Shown here: one piece after another, positions 1 to 10,157 of the stretch
Layout: every line of letters begins with the position of its first letter
Position numbering within the stretch: position 1 is the first letter of the stretch
NCBI GenBank assembly: GCA_002686355.1
Contig: NZBV01000018.1
Coordinates: 1 to 36,907, forward strand
Origin: Candidatus Pacearchaeota archaeon
GTDB lineage: Archaea > Nanobdellota > Nanobdellia > Pacearchaeales > GW2011-AR1
DNA: 36,907 bases
Direction of reading: 5' to 3'
Position numbers and translations under genes: made by a program
The notes under the pieces: generated by a model
Seen by the model: only the letters and a program-made list of their open reading frames with translations
Databases searched by the model: none
Told to the model about the DNA's origin: nothing

Positions 1-1
1 A

Positions 2-76
2 ATAATTGGAATTACCACAGGAGTTTTAATTACCCGTCCTGCTTTCACAGACATGATTAAAAAAATCGAAGAATAA
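2..76 (+). CDS. secD: C-terminal fragment of probable archaeal protein-export membrane protein SecD (5' end outside window)
   Basis: Frame 2 reads IIGITTGVLITRPAFTDMIKKIEE*. The GxLITRPA(Y/F) ending is typical of archaeal SecD. Only 24 aa are visible. Confidence 0.65.
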   Translation: MIGITTGVLITRPAFTDMIKKIEE

Positions 77-77
77 A

Positions 78-1031
78 ATGAAAATTTTAGTTACAGGGGG
101 TGCAGGATTTATTGGAAGCGTAACAACGAAAAAACTTTTGGATAAAGGTCACGAAGTCGTTGTTTATGATAGCTTAATTAAAGGACACAGAGAATCTGTT
201 GACTCAAGAGCAGAATTTGTCCAGGGATGTTTGAGTGATAAAAGTCTTCTTGACAAAACTTTCAAAAAATTTGGAATCGAAGCAGTAATTCATTTCGCAG
301 GATTTATAGAAGCAGGAGAATCTATGAAAGAACCATCTAAGTTTTTTAAGAATAATGTTATTTACGGATTAAATCTTCTTGATGTAATGGCTAAGAACAA
401 CGTAAAAAAAATAATTTTCTCTTCATCAGCAGCAGTTTACGCGAGCAAAGATTCTCCTCTTGAAGAAGAGGACATAAAAAAACCTGCCAATTTTTATGGA
501 GAAACAAAATTAATCTTTGAAAAATTATTAAGTTGGTATGACGACATCTATCAAATTAAATTTGTAGCTCTGAGATATTTTAATGCAGCAGGTGCCTGCG
601 GGGAATTGGTAGAAAAACACAACCCTGAAACCCATTTAATCCCTTTAGTAATTTTTACAGCTTTGGGAAAAAGAGAAAGCATAAAAATCTTCGGAACAGA
701 TTATTCAACCCCTGATGGAACCGGGATAAGAGATTATGTTGATGTAAAAGATTTAGCAGAAGCTCATATTCTCGCTTTAGAAAATTTAAGAGAAACCTCC
801 AATGCTTACAATGTTGGAACAGGCAAGGGAATTTCTGTAAAAGAAGTTGTAGAAGCTGTAAAAAAAATTAGTGGAAAAGATTTCAATGTGATTGAAGCAG
901 AAAAGAGAGAAGGAGATCCTACGATGCTTGTTGCAAACTCTGAAAAAATAAAAAAAGAGCTTGGGTGGGAAGCAAAAGTAAATTTTGAAGAAGGATTAAG
1001 AGAAACTTTTGAATATTTTAAAAACTCATAA
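78..1031 (+). CDS. galE: UDP-glucose 4-epimerase
   Basis: TGGAGFIG, HFAG, FSSSAAVY, YGETK (YxxxK), LRYFNAAG, PETHLIP and DGTGIRDY motifs. Confidence 0.93.
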   Translation: MKILVTGGAGFIGSVTTKKLLDKGHEVVVYDSLIKGHRESVDSRAEFVQGCLSDKSLLDKTFKKFGIEAVIHFAGFIEAGESMKEPSKFFKNNVIYGLNLLDVMAKNNVKKIIFSSSAAVYASKDSPLEEEDIKKPANFYGETKLIFEKLLSWYDDIYQIKFVALRYFNAAGACGELVEKHNPETHLIPLVIFTALGKRESIKIFGTDYSTPDGTGIRDYVDVKDLAEAHILALENLRETSNAYNVGTGKGISVKEVVEAVKKISGKDFNVIEAEKREGDPTMLVANSEKIKKELGWEAKVNFEEGLRETFEYFKNS

Positions 1032-1077
1032 GTTCTCATTTACATAATTATAAAAATAAAAAAAAGAGTCTCTATCT

Positions 1078-2592
1078 ATGGCAGAAGAAGCTAGACCTAT
1101 TAAAAACAAGATTGTTAAAAATTCTTTTTGGAATTTTTTAATGACTTTCTTCGGGAAAATGGGGGGGTTGATATTTGCAATCTTGCTTGCTAGATTTTTA
1201 TTACCAGAAAAATTTGGGATTTATAGGTTAGCAATGTCCATAACATTAATTTTGCTAACTTTTGCAGATGTAGGAATAAATCAAACATTGATAAGATATT
1301 TTTCAGATTCTCTAAAAAAAACAGGCATAAAAAAAGCGATTTCCGAATATAAATATTTATTAAAATTAAAATTATTCTTAACATTAATTCTCGCAGGTTT
1401 ATTGCTTATTTTTGCATATCCCTTAGCAATGTATGTTTTCCAAAAACCTCTTTTATTTTATCCTTTACTGTTTTCAAGTATTTACCTTCTTATTTATTCT
1501 TTTGAATCTTTTTATAGTGCTTTCTTTTATATTGTTGAAAAAGTTGGATATTTAACAATTAAACAATTCATGTTCGAGGTAATTAGGATTTTTGGGGCAT
1601 TAGCAGTTTTTATTTTCATAGCTAGCCAATATCATATTTTAGGAATTATAGGGATTTTAACACTCTCAACAGCTTTTGCATTAGTCTTTGCGATATATAA
1701 TTTGAACAAATTACTGCCCTCCTTGTTTGAAAAATCTAAAGAAAAATTAGTTGATTATGATAAAAAAAGAATTAATTTGTTCTTATCTTATCTGGTTGTT
1801 GGGGGTTCTTTGATAGTCATTTTCGGGTATGTAGATATAGTAATGTTGGGAATTTTTTTGTCCTCTGAATTTGTTGGATTTTATGCAGCTGCATTAGCTC
1901 TTGCAACTGGTTTGGCCACATTGATAAACATAGCAAACGTTTTACTTCCTGTATTCACCCAATCAAAAAAAGATAACCTCAATCAAATTTTTGCTCAAGT
2001 CTTCAAGTACACAACTCTAATAACAATCCCCATGATTTTTGGGGTCCTTTTCCTTGGAAATTATTTAATTAAATCTATTTATGGACAAAATTATCTTCCA
2101 GCAACCCTACCTCTTTATTTTTTAGCTTTTTTAATGTTAGAAATACCTATAACGAATTCTCTAAAATCTTTATTTACTGCAAGAGAGCAACCAAAATATT
2201 TTGTTAAGATTTTAATTGGGGCAACAATTATGAATATTTTACTCAATTATATTCTAATCACTTCTCTTTTAAAGATTTCAATGAATTGGGCGATTGCAGG
2301 AGCAGCAATAGCTACTTTAACAAGCAGATATTTTTATTTTTTTGGTTTATCCTTTCATGCTAAGAAACAACTTAATGTATCTATAAATTTAAAAAATTTA
2401 ATAAAACCAATAATAGCTTCGATAATAATGATTTCTATTTTATTTGGGATAAATTCGTATATTGGTGATATCAATTATCTAATTGGCATCTGTGAAATAG
2501 TGGGGGGAATTTTGATTTACTTTTTAATCATGTTCTTAATCAAGGGTATAACAAAAAAAGACCTGCTTTTAATAAAAGAAGTTATAAGATAA
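1078..2592 (+). CDS. Oligosaccharide flippase (Wzx/MOP superfamily)
   Basis: 504 aa with many hydrophobic helices. LARFLLPEKFGIY, D.VMLG and VGFY.AA are typical of Wzx-like exporters. Confidence 0.9.
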   Translation: MAEEARPIKNKIVKNSFWNFLMTFFGKMGGLIFAILLARFLLPEKFGIYRLAMSITLILLTFADVGINQTLIRYFSDSLKKTGIKKAISEYKYLLKLKLFLTLILAGLLLIFAYPLAMYVFQKPLLFYPLLFSSIYLLIYSFESFYSAFFYIVEKVGYLTIKQFMFEVIRIFGALAVFIFIASQYHILGIIGILTLSTAFALVFAIYNLNKLLPSLFEKSKEKLVDYDKKRINLFLSYLVVGGSLIVIFGYVDIVMLGIFLSSEFVGFYAAALALATGLATLINIANVLLPVFTQSKKDNLNQIFAQVFKYTTLITIPMIFGVLFLGNYLIKSIYGQNYLPATLPLYFLAFLMLEIPITNSLKSLFTAREQPKYFVKILIGATIMNILLNYILITSLLKISMNWAIAGAAIATLTSRYFYFFGLSFHAKKQLNVSINLKNLIKPIIASIIMISILFGINSYIGDINYLIGICEIVGGILIYFLIMFLIKGITKKDLLLIKEVIR

Positions 2593-3346
2593 TCTCGGAG
2601 ATTTTTTTTGATTCGTATTTTGATAAAAACAAAGCGATTTTCTTAAATAATCTAAAATTGTCTAATGCAGCCATTGTGGAAGGATGAATTAAAACTATGC
2701 TTGCAATACCTTCATTTTCATTATTCTTCACCCTCTTTTTCAAAATTTCAAACCATTCTTCGGGGCTAACCCTTCCTTTAGTGCAACTTGCAAAAGGATC
2801 TCTATTACTTGGGCCTAGTTTTCCATAAATAATTGTATTTTGATCTACTGGAATATTTATTGGAAGATGAATTACCTCTCCTTTTTTAAATGGGGGTTTT
2901 TCTCCGAGCAAATCTGAAATATATTTTACTCCAACATTTTCCAACAATTTAAATGTTTTTTCATTTGAACCAAAACAATGAGTTCTCCACGAAATCATTT
3001 TAAGTCCAAACCGTTCGAAAGACTTCTTAGTTTTTTTAATATCTTTCTTTTGAAAGTTTGATGAGCCATAGATACAATTGAATAATTTTCTATTTTTATA
3101 GCTCTTTAGTAAATTCATCTTTCCAAAATTATCATATGTATGCCCCCCAAGTTCGACGTTGTAATTTAGTAATTTTTCAGCGCCCTCATTTTCAAAACAT
3201 TTTCCATTAATAAAAATCGTGCAAGAAAGATTATTTTTTTTCAAGATTTTAAGGTATTCTTCTGCAGCCTTGACTTCAGAACCAACTTTTTTCTGTTCCC
3301 ATCCTCCCATACTCTTTGAATGGACGTCGCCTGTAATAAATATCAT
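2582..3346 (-). CDS. Polysaccharide deacetylase family protein (NodB/CE4-like)
   Basis: N-terminal ITGDVH, ELGGHTY, WRTH and LIHP motifs. TATA-like tttatata lies 21 nt upstream. Confidence 0.72.
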   Translation of the reverse strand: MIFITGDVHSKSMGGWEQKKVGSEVKAAEEYLKILKKNNLSCTIFINGKCFENEGAEKLLNYNVELGGHTYDNFGKMNLLKSYKNRKLFNCIYGSSNFQKKDIKKTKKSFERFGLKMISWRTHCFGSNEKTFKLLENVGVKYISDLLGEKPPFKKGEVIHLPINIPVDQNTIIYGKLGPSNRDPFASCTKGRVSPEEWFEILKKRVKNNENEGIASIVLIHPSTMAALDNFRLFKKIALFLSKYESKKISEIIL

Positions 3347-3367
3347 GCTAGTAAATTCTGAGGGAAG

Positions 3368-3422
3368 TATATAAACTTAATTATTTTTTATTAAGAAGAA
3401 AATTCAACCAAACTTTTATAAA
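3368..3422. promoter_or_regulatory. Divergent archaeal TATA-box pair
   Basis: tatataaa at 3368-3375 (tttatata on the - strand) is 21 nt from ATG 3346. tttataaa at 3415-3422 is 21 nt from ATG 3444. Confidence 0.65.
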
Positions 3423-3443
3423 TTCAATTTTTTATTAAACAAA

Positions 3444-5066
3444 ATGAGCAACGTATTATTGATAATTCCGAGGTATGATGTGACAAAAAGCAATAAAAAA
3501 GATTATAGTTATCAGTCTCCTGTGGGGCTGGGCTATATTTGCGCAACTCTGAGAAAAGAAGAATACAAGGTTGATTGCCTTAATCTGAATCACTCTGACA
3601 AAGGGCTTGCTGAACTTATACATGGCGCTTTAAAAAAGAGAAAATATGATTTTGTATGCACAGGGCATCTAGGAGTGGGGTACCCTGTAATTGAAAAAAT
3701 AATTAATGCAGTAAAATCCTACAACCCAAACCAGGCTGTTATTGTAGGTGGCCCGATTATCTCAAGCGAGCCAGAATTCATGGCAGAAAATCTTAAATTT
3801 GATTTTGGGGTGGTTGGTGAAGGAGAAGTTACAATTATTGAACTCCTTGATTTTATAAAAAAGAATAAAGATGTTTCAAAAGTAAAAGGCATTGTTTATA
3901 AGGGCAAATCTGGAAAAATCATAAGAACCTCCCCCAGGGAGAGAATTGAAGATTTAGATACTATTCCTTTTCCAGATTATAGTGACTTTGGTTTAAATGA
4001 AAAGATGGATAATATGTATTCAATAGACTCTCTTTACGGAACAATGGATCACCCCCGGACTTATTTTATGATTGGAAGCAGGGGTTGCCCTTTCCAGTGC
4101 ACTTTTTGTTATCAGAGTCTTGGTCAAAAATACAAGACAAGATCTGTAAAAAATATAATCAAAGAACTGGAATTTGCAATTGACAAATACAGGGCAAATT
4201 CCTTTCATATGTATGACGACCTTTTTTCAGTCAATAAAGAAAGACTTTATGATTTTTGCAAAGAAGTAAAAAAGTTAAACAAAAGAAGAAATGTAAATCT
4301 TAGATGGGTTTGCTCTTTATGGGTCAGCACTGTTGATGAAGAACTCCTCAAATTTTTAAAAGATTCCGGATGCACAGGGATTTGTTTTGGTTTTGAAAGT
4401 TATAGTAAAAAAGTTTTAAAGAGTATGAAAAAAAGCATAACTCCTGAGCAAATAGACAATGCAATGAAAGCGTGCATGAAAGTTCATATGCCTATTATTG
4501 CAAATTTTATTTTTGGGGATGTCACAGAAACAAAAGAAACCGCAAAAGAAACCCTTGATTATTGGAAGGAGCACTGCAATGATCAGGCAAAACTCTTTTT
4601 TATCCACGCTTATCCTGGAAGTGAAATTTATAATCATTGTATAAGAAAAGGGTTAATCAAAGACAAATTAGATTTTATTAGGAATAAAATCCCGCACACT
4701 TTTTTTATGAATATGACTGATAAAATGACTGATAAAGAATTTGAAGATTTGAAAAAAGAAATTTATAGATTAAAAGTTAAACATGGCAATTATGTTGTTC
4801 CATTTAAAGTTAAAAAAACAGATAAAAAAGATGTTTACAATCTTTCTGTTAAATGTCCTTTTTGCAAACAAACCAGCACACATAAAAATAATTATTTTTC
4901 TAATAGATTTTTCTACAGATTCCATGTTCATTGCAGAAACTGCGGAATGAGGTATCATTTAGTCAGCAAAGTCTACAAATTCACAATGGACCATTATGTT
5001 GAACTTGATTTTTTCAGAAGAAATTATCTTGAGTATAGGGGGATGTTACTTAGGAAAAAAATTTGA
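3444..5066 (+). CDS. Cobalamin-binding radical SAM protein #1, with C-terminal Zn-ribbon-like extension
   Basis: N-terminal B12-binding-like region (PVGLGYI, VGGP, GEGE), SRGCPFQCTFC, YDDLF, GFES. C-terminal CPFC...CRNC. Confidence 0.9.
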   Translation: MSNVLLIIPRYDVTKSNKKDYSYQSPVGLGYICATLRKEEYKVDCLNLNHSDKGLAELIHGALKKRKYDFVCTGHLGVGYPVIEKIINAVKSYNPNQAVIVGGPIISSEPEFMAENLKFDFGVVGEGEVTIIELLDFIKKNKDVSKVKGIVYKGKSGKIIRTSPRERIEDLDTIPFPDYSDFGLNEKMDNMYSIDSLYGTMDHPRTYFMIGSRGCPFQCTFCYQSLGQKYKTRSVKNIIKELEFAIDKYRANSFHMYDDLFSVNKERLYDFCKEVKKLNKRRNVNLRWVCSLWVSTVDEELLKFLKDSGCTGICFGFESYSKKVLKSMKKSITPEQIDNAMKACMKVHMPIIANFIFGDVTETKETAKETLDYWKEHCNDQAKLFFIHAYPGSEIYNHCIRKGLIKDKLDFIRNKIPHTFFMNMTDKMTDKEFEDLKKEIYRLKVKHGNYVVPFKVKKTDKKDVYNLSVKCPFCKQTSTHKNNYFSNRFFYRFHVHCRNCGMRYHLVSKVYKFTMDHYVELDFFRRNYLEYRGMLLRKKI

Positions 5067-5076
5067 GGATTAAAAG

Positions 5077-6183
5077 ATGTCTGAAAAAAGATTTATTGTT
5101 TCTATTGAAAAATGTTCTTCTTACGACCCGGAAAAAGTCAGAGTTGCCTTGGAAAATGGTTTGAAAAACATCAATTTTGAATTAGAGGAAAATTTAAAAA
5201 TTCTTATCAAGCCTAATTTAATATTTCCTGCAAAACCAGAAACTGCAATAATTACCCACCCAATTGTTTTGGAAGAATTATGTAAAATTTTGAAAAAGAA
5301 AAATGCCACTATTTTTATTGGGGAAAGTTCATCTTATGATACAGATAAATCCTTTGAAATTTCCGGAATTAATAAGCTCTCTAAATATGCAAAGATAATT
5401 AATTTTGAATCATCTCCAAAAAAGTTTTTCAATCTTGGAGCAGGAGAGTTAATGAATGTGCCTTTTCCAGAAATTCTTTTTGATGTTGATTTAATTATTA
5501 ATGTCTCAAAATTAAAAACCCATAATTTCACTAGAGCTACATTATGTGTAAAAAATCTCTATGGGTGCATCCCTGGAGGATTAAAAGGAAAATTTCACGG
5601 GGTCATCCCTTCTATCCAAAATTTTTCAAAATTTCTTTTAAAGATTAGTGAAAAAATTAATCCAGGATTGAACATTATTGATGGTGTTGTGGGGTTAGAA
5701 GGTAATGGTCCAGGTTTTGCAGGAAAACCGAAAAATTCAGGAATTTTGGTTGTATCTAAAAAAGCGGTTGCAGGAGATTTTGCAGCTTCAAAATTAATGG
5801 GTTTTAAACCTAAAGAGATTTATACAAATAAATTTTCAGGTATCGATGAAAGTGAAATAAAGATTGTTGGAAATGCGAAAGATACTCAATTAAATTTTAG
5901 AAAACCAAAATTTTCTCCAAAGATATTTCTGTCTGGTTTTTTAAAATTTCTTCCAGGTCCCAAAATAAGTTTTGATAAACTTAAATGTGTAAAATGCGGA
6001 ATTTGCAGGGACAAATGTCCTGTTGGGGCAATCGAATTAGATAAAGAGATAAAATGCAAGCATAAAAAATGCATTAATTGTCTATGTTGTATTGAAGTTT
6101 GTCCTAACGCCGCAGTTTTTCTTGAAAGACCCTTTATTATCAGATTTCTGAAATCAATCATTGTGCGAAAACAAAAGGTTTAA
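5077..6183 (+). CDS. DUF362 domain protein with C-terminal 2x[4Fe-4S] ferredoxin domain
   Basis: ILIKPN, THP, KLKTH, KNLYG, EGNGP. CVKCGICRDKCP and CINCLCCIEVCP. Confidence 0.88.
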   Translation: MSEKRFIVSIEKCSSYDPEKVRVALENGLKNINFELEENLKILIKPNLIFPAKPETAIITHPIVLEELCKILKKKNATIFIGESSSYDTDKSFEISGINKLSKYAKIINFESSPKKFFNLGAGELMNVPFPEILFDVDLIINVSKLKTHNFTRATLCVKNLYGCIPGGLKGKFHGVIPSIQNFSKFLLKISEKINPGLNIIDGVVGLEGNGPGFAGKPKNSGILVVSKKAVAGDFAASKLMGFKPKEIYTNKFSGIDESEIKIVGNAKDTQLNFRKPKFSPKIFLSGFLKFLPGPKISFDKLKCVKCGICRDKCPVGAIELDKEIKCKHKKCINCLCCIEVCPNAAVFLERPFIIRFLKSIIVRKQKV

Positions 6184-6251
6184 AATTAAAATAGAAAAGA
6201 ACGATAAAAGGTAGATCAGATTTTATTAAAAAATTTATTCTTTTATTAATT

Positions 6252-7541
6252 TTAAAGCAAGTTCTCAACAACTTTTTTTCCATGCAAAATAGAATCATCC
6301 ATAGAAGAGTGCTCCCATGCCCCAAATTGCCCAACAGAATATATGCTATTTTTTATTAGATAATCCCGAATTAATTTCAGATTTTCATTGCGATTAAAAT
6401 CAAAAAGCACATATGCATGTTCTAATTTTAAAACATCCTTAAAAACAACTTCTTTTTTATCTTTAAGAAACCCCATTTTTATCAGATCCTCAATTATTCT
6501 CTCAATTAAATCTTCATCTGAGATTTTTTTATCATCAAGATAAGACCATTCTGCACAAATTGAACTCATTCCTTGCGGAGCAACATTTTTTCCATAGTTT
6601 GTTGCAAAGCTCAATCTATATGTTAAGACATCTTCTTGCGGGACATAAAGCACCTGATGTTCAGAAACTTTTGGTTTATTAACCCCCAAAATAATCGCAC
6701 AAATAGTATTGCACCTTAATTTCTTAGCTGCATTTTTAATCTCCTCAGGAGCCCCATCAATTAGTCCAACTAATTTTTTAAGAGGCATAGTAGAAACCAA
6801 ATTTTCAAAAGGATAATTTGTTTTTTCTGTAAAAACAATTTTTTTATCAATATCTATCTTAGTTACTTTTTCATCTAGTTTAATGTTTATGATTTTTCTA
6901 GCAATTGCTTTTGGAAGAAAATCTATCCCCCCCTCTTTATTATAGCCAAATTGATAATTATATCCTACCTTTGCTTTTGACATGTCTTTATTAGCACCTT
7001 TAATTATCTCTTTTAAATCAAAACGAGGAATATATCTTCCAAGATTTTCAAGAGTCAATTCTTTTGGATGAACACAATAGCATTTTTTATTATACGGAAG
7101 CATAAAGTGCTTGGCAATGCCTTCTCCTAAAGCCATTTTTATCCATTCGTAAAAATTAGTAGGGGTTTGTCCGTTAAACTTTTTATCAGCATCAATAGCT
7201 CCGGCTAAACATTCTTTTTTAGTTTCTTCATCCAGATGATAAAGATTATATTGAAAAGGATAAGGAACAACCCTCCCATTTATCAATATGCCATGTTTTC
7301 TATCCTCTGAAATTAACGCATCACCAAGCAAATCCCTTACAAGTTTTGTTATTTCTTTATTTCCAAAGAAAAACATATGTGGTGCAAAGTCAAATACAAA
7401 CCCATTTTTCCTAAATGTTCTGCACAATCCTCCAACTTCTGGATTAGCTTCAAGCAAAACATAATCTTTATTGCCCCGCTTTTCAAGATAATACGCTGTA
7501 CTTAAACCACTAAGACCCGCACCAATGATGATTGTTTTCAT
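6252..7541 (-). CDS. FAD-dependent oxidoreductase, UDP-galactopyranose mutase-like (start refined to MKTIIIGAG)
   Basis: GAGLSG dinucleotide fold, GGLCRT, VPYPFQ, GEGIAKHFMLPYN, YRLSF.NY, GQFGAW. The ORF-track start at 7598 overlaps the pseB stop. Confidence 0.72.
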   Translation of the reverse strand: MKTIIIGAGLSGLSTAYYLEKRGNKDYVLLEANPEVGGLCRTFRKNGFVFDFAPHMFFFGNKEITKLVRDLLGDALISEDRKHGILINGRVVPYPFQYNLYHLDEETKKECLAGAIDADKKFNGQTPTNFYEWIKMALGEGIAKHFMLPYNKKCYCVHPKELTLENLGRYIPRFDLKEIIKGANKDMSKAKVGYNYQFGYNKEGGIDFLPKAIARKIINIKLDEKVTKIDIDKKIVFTEKTNYPFENLVSTMPLKKLVGLIDGAPEEIKNAAKKLRCNTICAIILGVNKPKVSEHQVLYVPQEDVLTYRLSFATNYGKNVAPQGMSSICAEWSYLDDKKISDEDLIERIIEDLIKMGFLKDKKEVVFKDVLKLEHAYVLFDFNRNENLKLIRDYLIKNSIYSVGQFGAWEHSSMDDSILHGKKVVENLL

Positions 7542-7585
7542 TTTCTTATTTGTTAATCTCAACTTTAATAATTTTTGGAAAAGAA

Positions 7586-8701
7586 TTATTTCTTCCAACC
7601 ATGAACATATTCATTATAAGCTCGCACATGCTTTCCAACTAATTTTACCATATCATCTATTGTTAAAAACTTAGGATTAGTATTACTCACATATTGGAAT
7701 GTATCTGAAACAGACTTCCCCCCAACATGATAATCTTTCTCCCACCAATCAAACTGTGGCTGAATAATATAATAGTCTTCAAATTCAATTACATTTCTTG
7801 CATCATCTGCAGCAATCATTGATTCATGCAATTTTTCACCTGGTTTAATTCCAATATATTTTATCTCACATTCAGGAGCAATTGCCTTTGCCAAATCAAC
7901 AATCCTCATGCTTGGAATTTTTGGAACAAAAATTTCCCCCCCTCTCATACGTCTAAGACTATTTACGACAAATTTCACCCCATCCTCAAGAGTTATCCAA
8001 AACCTTGTCATTCTCTCATCAGTGATTGGAAGAACACCTTCTCTCTTTTTTTCTAAAAAGAAAGGAATAATACTCCCCCTGCTCCCAATAACATTTCCAT
8101 ATCTTGCAACAGCAAAAGAAGTTCTTTTTGTAGGAGAATGAGAGTTTGCTGCTACAAACAGTTTATCAGAACATAGTTTTGTTGCCCCATATAGGTTAAC
8201 AGGGTTGCAAGCCTTGTCTGTGCTAAATGCAATGACTTTTTCAATATTATTTTCTAATGCAACCTCAATTATATTCATTGCTCCAAGAATATTTGTCTTG
8301 ATTGTTTCAGGAGGGTTTTCTTCTCCAGTATGAACAATTTTCATTGCAGCTGTATGAACAATATAATCTACTCCTTTGCACGCAAGACTAAGCCTTTTTC
8401 TATCTCGCACATCTCCTAGAACAAATTTTAGGATTTTATTGCCATATTCTTTATTCATAAACCATTGCTTCATCTCATCACGGCTATATACAATAATCTG
8501 CTTTGGGCAATCATGTTCAAGAACATGTTTAATAAAGGCATTTCCAAAAGAACCTGTTCCGCCAGTGATTAAGATTGTTTTTCCTTCAAATATTTTCTTT
8601 TGAAAGTTTGGAGAAACACTCCTTTCAATCCTCTCCTGATTAATAACATCTCCCTTATAATCAGAATTATTCTCTTTAAATCCCCATACATTATTTTCCA
8701 T
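7586..8701 (-). CDS. pseB: UDP-N-acetylglucosamine 4,6-dehydratase (inverting), PseB/FlaA1 type
   Basis: TGGTGSFG, SRDEMKQ, GDVRD, STDKACNPVNLYGATK, RYGNVIGSRGS, MTRFWIT, GEKLHE. Confidence 0.9.
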   Translation of the reverse strand: MENNVWGFKENNSDYKGDVINQERIERSVSPNFQKKIFEGKTILITGGTGSFGNAFIKHVLEHDCPKQIIVYSRDEMKQWFMNKEYGNKILKFVLGDVRDRKRLSLACKGVDYIVHTAAMKIVHTGEENPPETIKTNILGAMNIIEVALENNIEKVIAFSTDKACNPVNLYGATKLCSDKLFVAANSHSPTKRTSFAVARYGNVIGSRGSIIPFFLEKKREGVLPITDERMTRFWITLEDGVKFVVNSLRRMRGGEIFVPKIPSMRIVDLAKAIAPECEIKYIGIKPGEKLHESMIAADDARNVIEFEDYYIIQPQFDWWEKDYHVGGKSVSDTFQYVSNTNPKFLTIDDMVKLVGKHVRAYNEYVHGWKK

Positions 8702-8815
8702 TTATTCTCATATCCCAAACCCTTTAAAAGATTATCTGTGCTATTTTGACAGTGTTTCTCAATAGTTAAGTTTTTATATTCGCCAGTTGTGCAAATTTTG
8801 AATCAAACACATAAA

Positions 8816-10156
8816 ATGGAAGAAAATACTTATAACGAAAATCTTGAAAAGATAAAAGAGCTGATAAGACAAATATATGAACAAAGGAAAAAGTCCGAAG
8901 AATTCATTCCTGGCAAAAGCAAGGTTCATTATTCTGGTCCAATCTTTGATGAAAAAGAAGTAAACGCAACTATTGCCAATTTAACTGCTGGTACTTGGTT
9001 GGCAGAAGGCAAGGCTACATTGGAATTTGAAAAGCAATTCTCTGATTTAATGAGAGTGAAAGACACAATTGTTACTAATTCTGGCTCTTCGGCACTTCTG
9101 TTAATCTTTGCATGCCTCATGAATAAAGATCTGGAAAACCCTCTTAAAGAAGGCGACGAAGTTATAACAAGTGCCTTAATGTTTCCAACTACTTTGAATT
9201 CAATTATTCTAAACAGATTAAAACCTGTTTTTGTAGATGTTGAACCAGAGACTTATAATCTAGATATAAACCAGATAGAACAGATAATCTCAGAAAAAAC
9301 AAGAGCCATATTAGTTATGCATCACCTTGGCAATCCTTGCGATATGAATAGAATAGTAGATATTGCGAAGAAGCACAACTTGTATGTGATAGAAGATTGT
9401 TGCGATGCTCATGGCGCAATGTTAGGAGACAAGATTCTTGGCAGTTTCGGGCACATGGCTGCATATTCTTTTTACGGGGCTCATGCAATGACAATGGGTG
9501 AAGGGGGTGCAATAGTTGTTAATGATTTAAAATTCTCTCCACTACTAATATCTTTAAAAACATGCGGAAGAGCCTGCACCTGTGCATTTTGCAATGTAGC
9601 TGTTGACCCTGATTTCCAGTGTCCGCAAAGATTTGAGTCAAAATATGCAGGATTTGAAAACTTTGACAAGAGAACACTTTATCCAAATATCGGATATAAA
9701 TTAAAAATTTTAGATTTGCAATGTGCATTTGGCATAGAGCAATTAAAAAGGCTTCCAGATTTTGTAAAAAAAAGACAAGGGAATTTTGATTCATTAATGA
9801 ATGGGTTAAAAAAATTCGAGAAATATCTGACTCTTCCAAAAGTTTTAGAGGGAAGCAAGCCTTCATGGTTTGCAATACCAATAACACTCAAGTCTGATTG
9901 CGGATTTAGCAGAGAAGAGTTAGTTGATTATCTTGAAAAGAATAATATTGAGACACGCCCTTTATTAGGGGGCAATCTAGCAAAACAACCTGCCTATCAG
10001 GAAATTGATTTTAAATCATCCCCCCTTCCACACACAGATTATTGCCATGTCAATTCTTTTTACATTGGCTGTTACCCTGGAATAACTCAGGAAATGATTA
10101 ATTTTGTGTTAAATGTTTTTGAGGATTTTTTCAGAAAACTAGAAAACTCTCAGTAA
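8816..10156 (+). CDS. rfbH: RfbH/DdhC-type NDP-4-keto-6-deoxyhexose 3-dehydrase (PMP/Fe-S dependent, DegT family)
   Basis: NSGSSA, FPTT.N, EDCCDA. SFYGAHAMTMGEGG has no Schiff-base Lys. Cys cluster CGRACTCAFC...CPQRF. TRPLLGGNL. Start refined to ATG 8816 by TATA position. Confidence 0.8.
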   Translation: MEENTYNENLEKIKELIRQIYEQRKKSEEFIPGKSKVHYSGPIFDEKEVNATIANLTAGTWLAEGKATLEFEKQFSDLMRVKDTIVTNSGSSALLLIFACLMNKDLENPLKEGDEVITSALMFPTTLNSIILNRLKPVFVDVEPETYNLDINQIEQIISEKTRAILVMHHLGNPCDMNRIVDIAKKHNLYVIEDCCDAHGAMLGDKILGSFGHMAAYSFYGAHAMTMGEGGAIVVNDLKFSPLLISLKTCGRACTCAFCNVAVDPDFQCPQRFESKYAGFENFDKRTLYPNIGYKLKILDLQCAFGIEQLKRLPDFVKKRQGNFDSLMNGLKKFEKYLTLPKVLEGSKPSWFAIPITLKSDCGFSREELVDYLEKNNIETRPLLGGNLAKQPAYQEIDFKSSPLPHTDYCHVNSFYIGCYPGITQEMINFVLNVFEDFFRKLENSQ

Positions 10157-10157
10157 A

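Noticed and set aside
6184..6251. Largest convergent intergenic gap as an ncRNA or hairpin terminator
   Set aside because: Almost pure AT with no convincing stem.
7586..8701. Complete pseudaminic acid pathway
   Set aside because: Only PseB is present. The adjacent DegT-family protein is RfbH-type and lacks the catalytic Lys, so it is not PseC.
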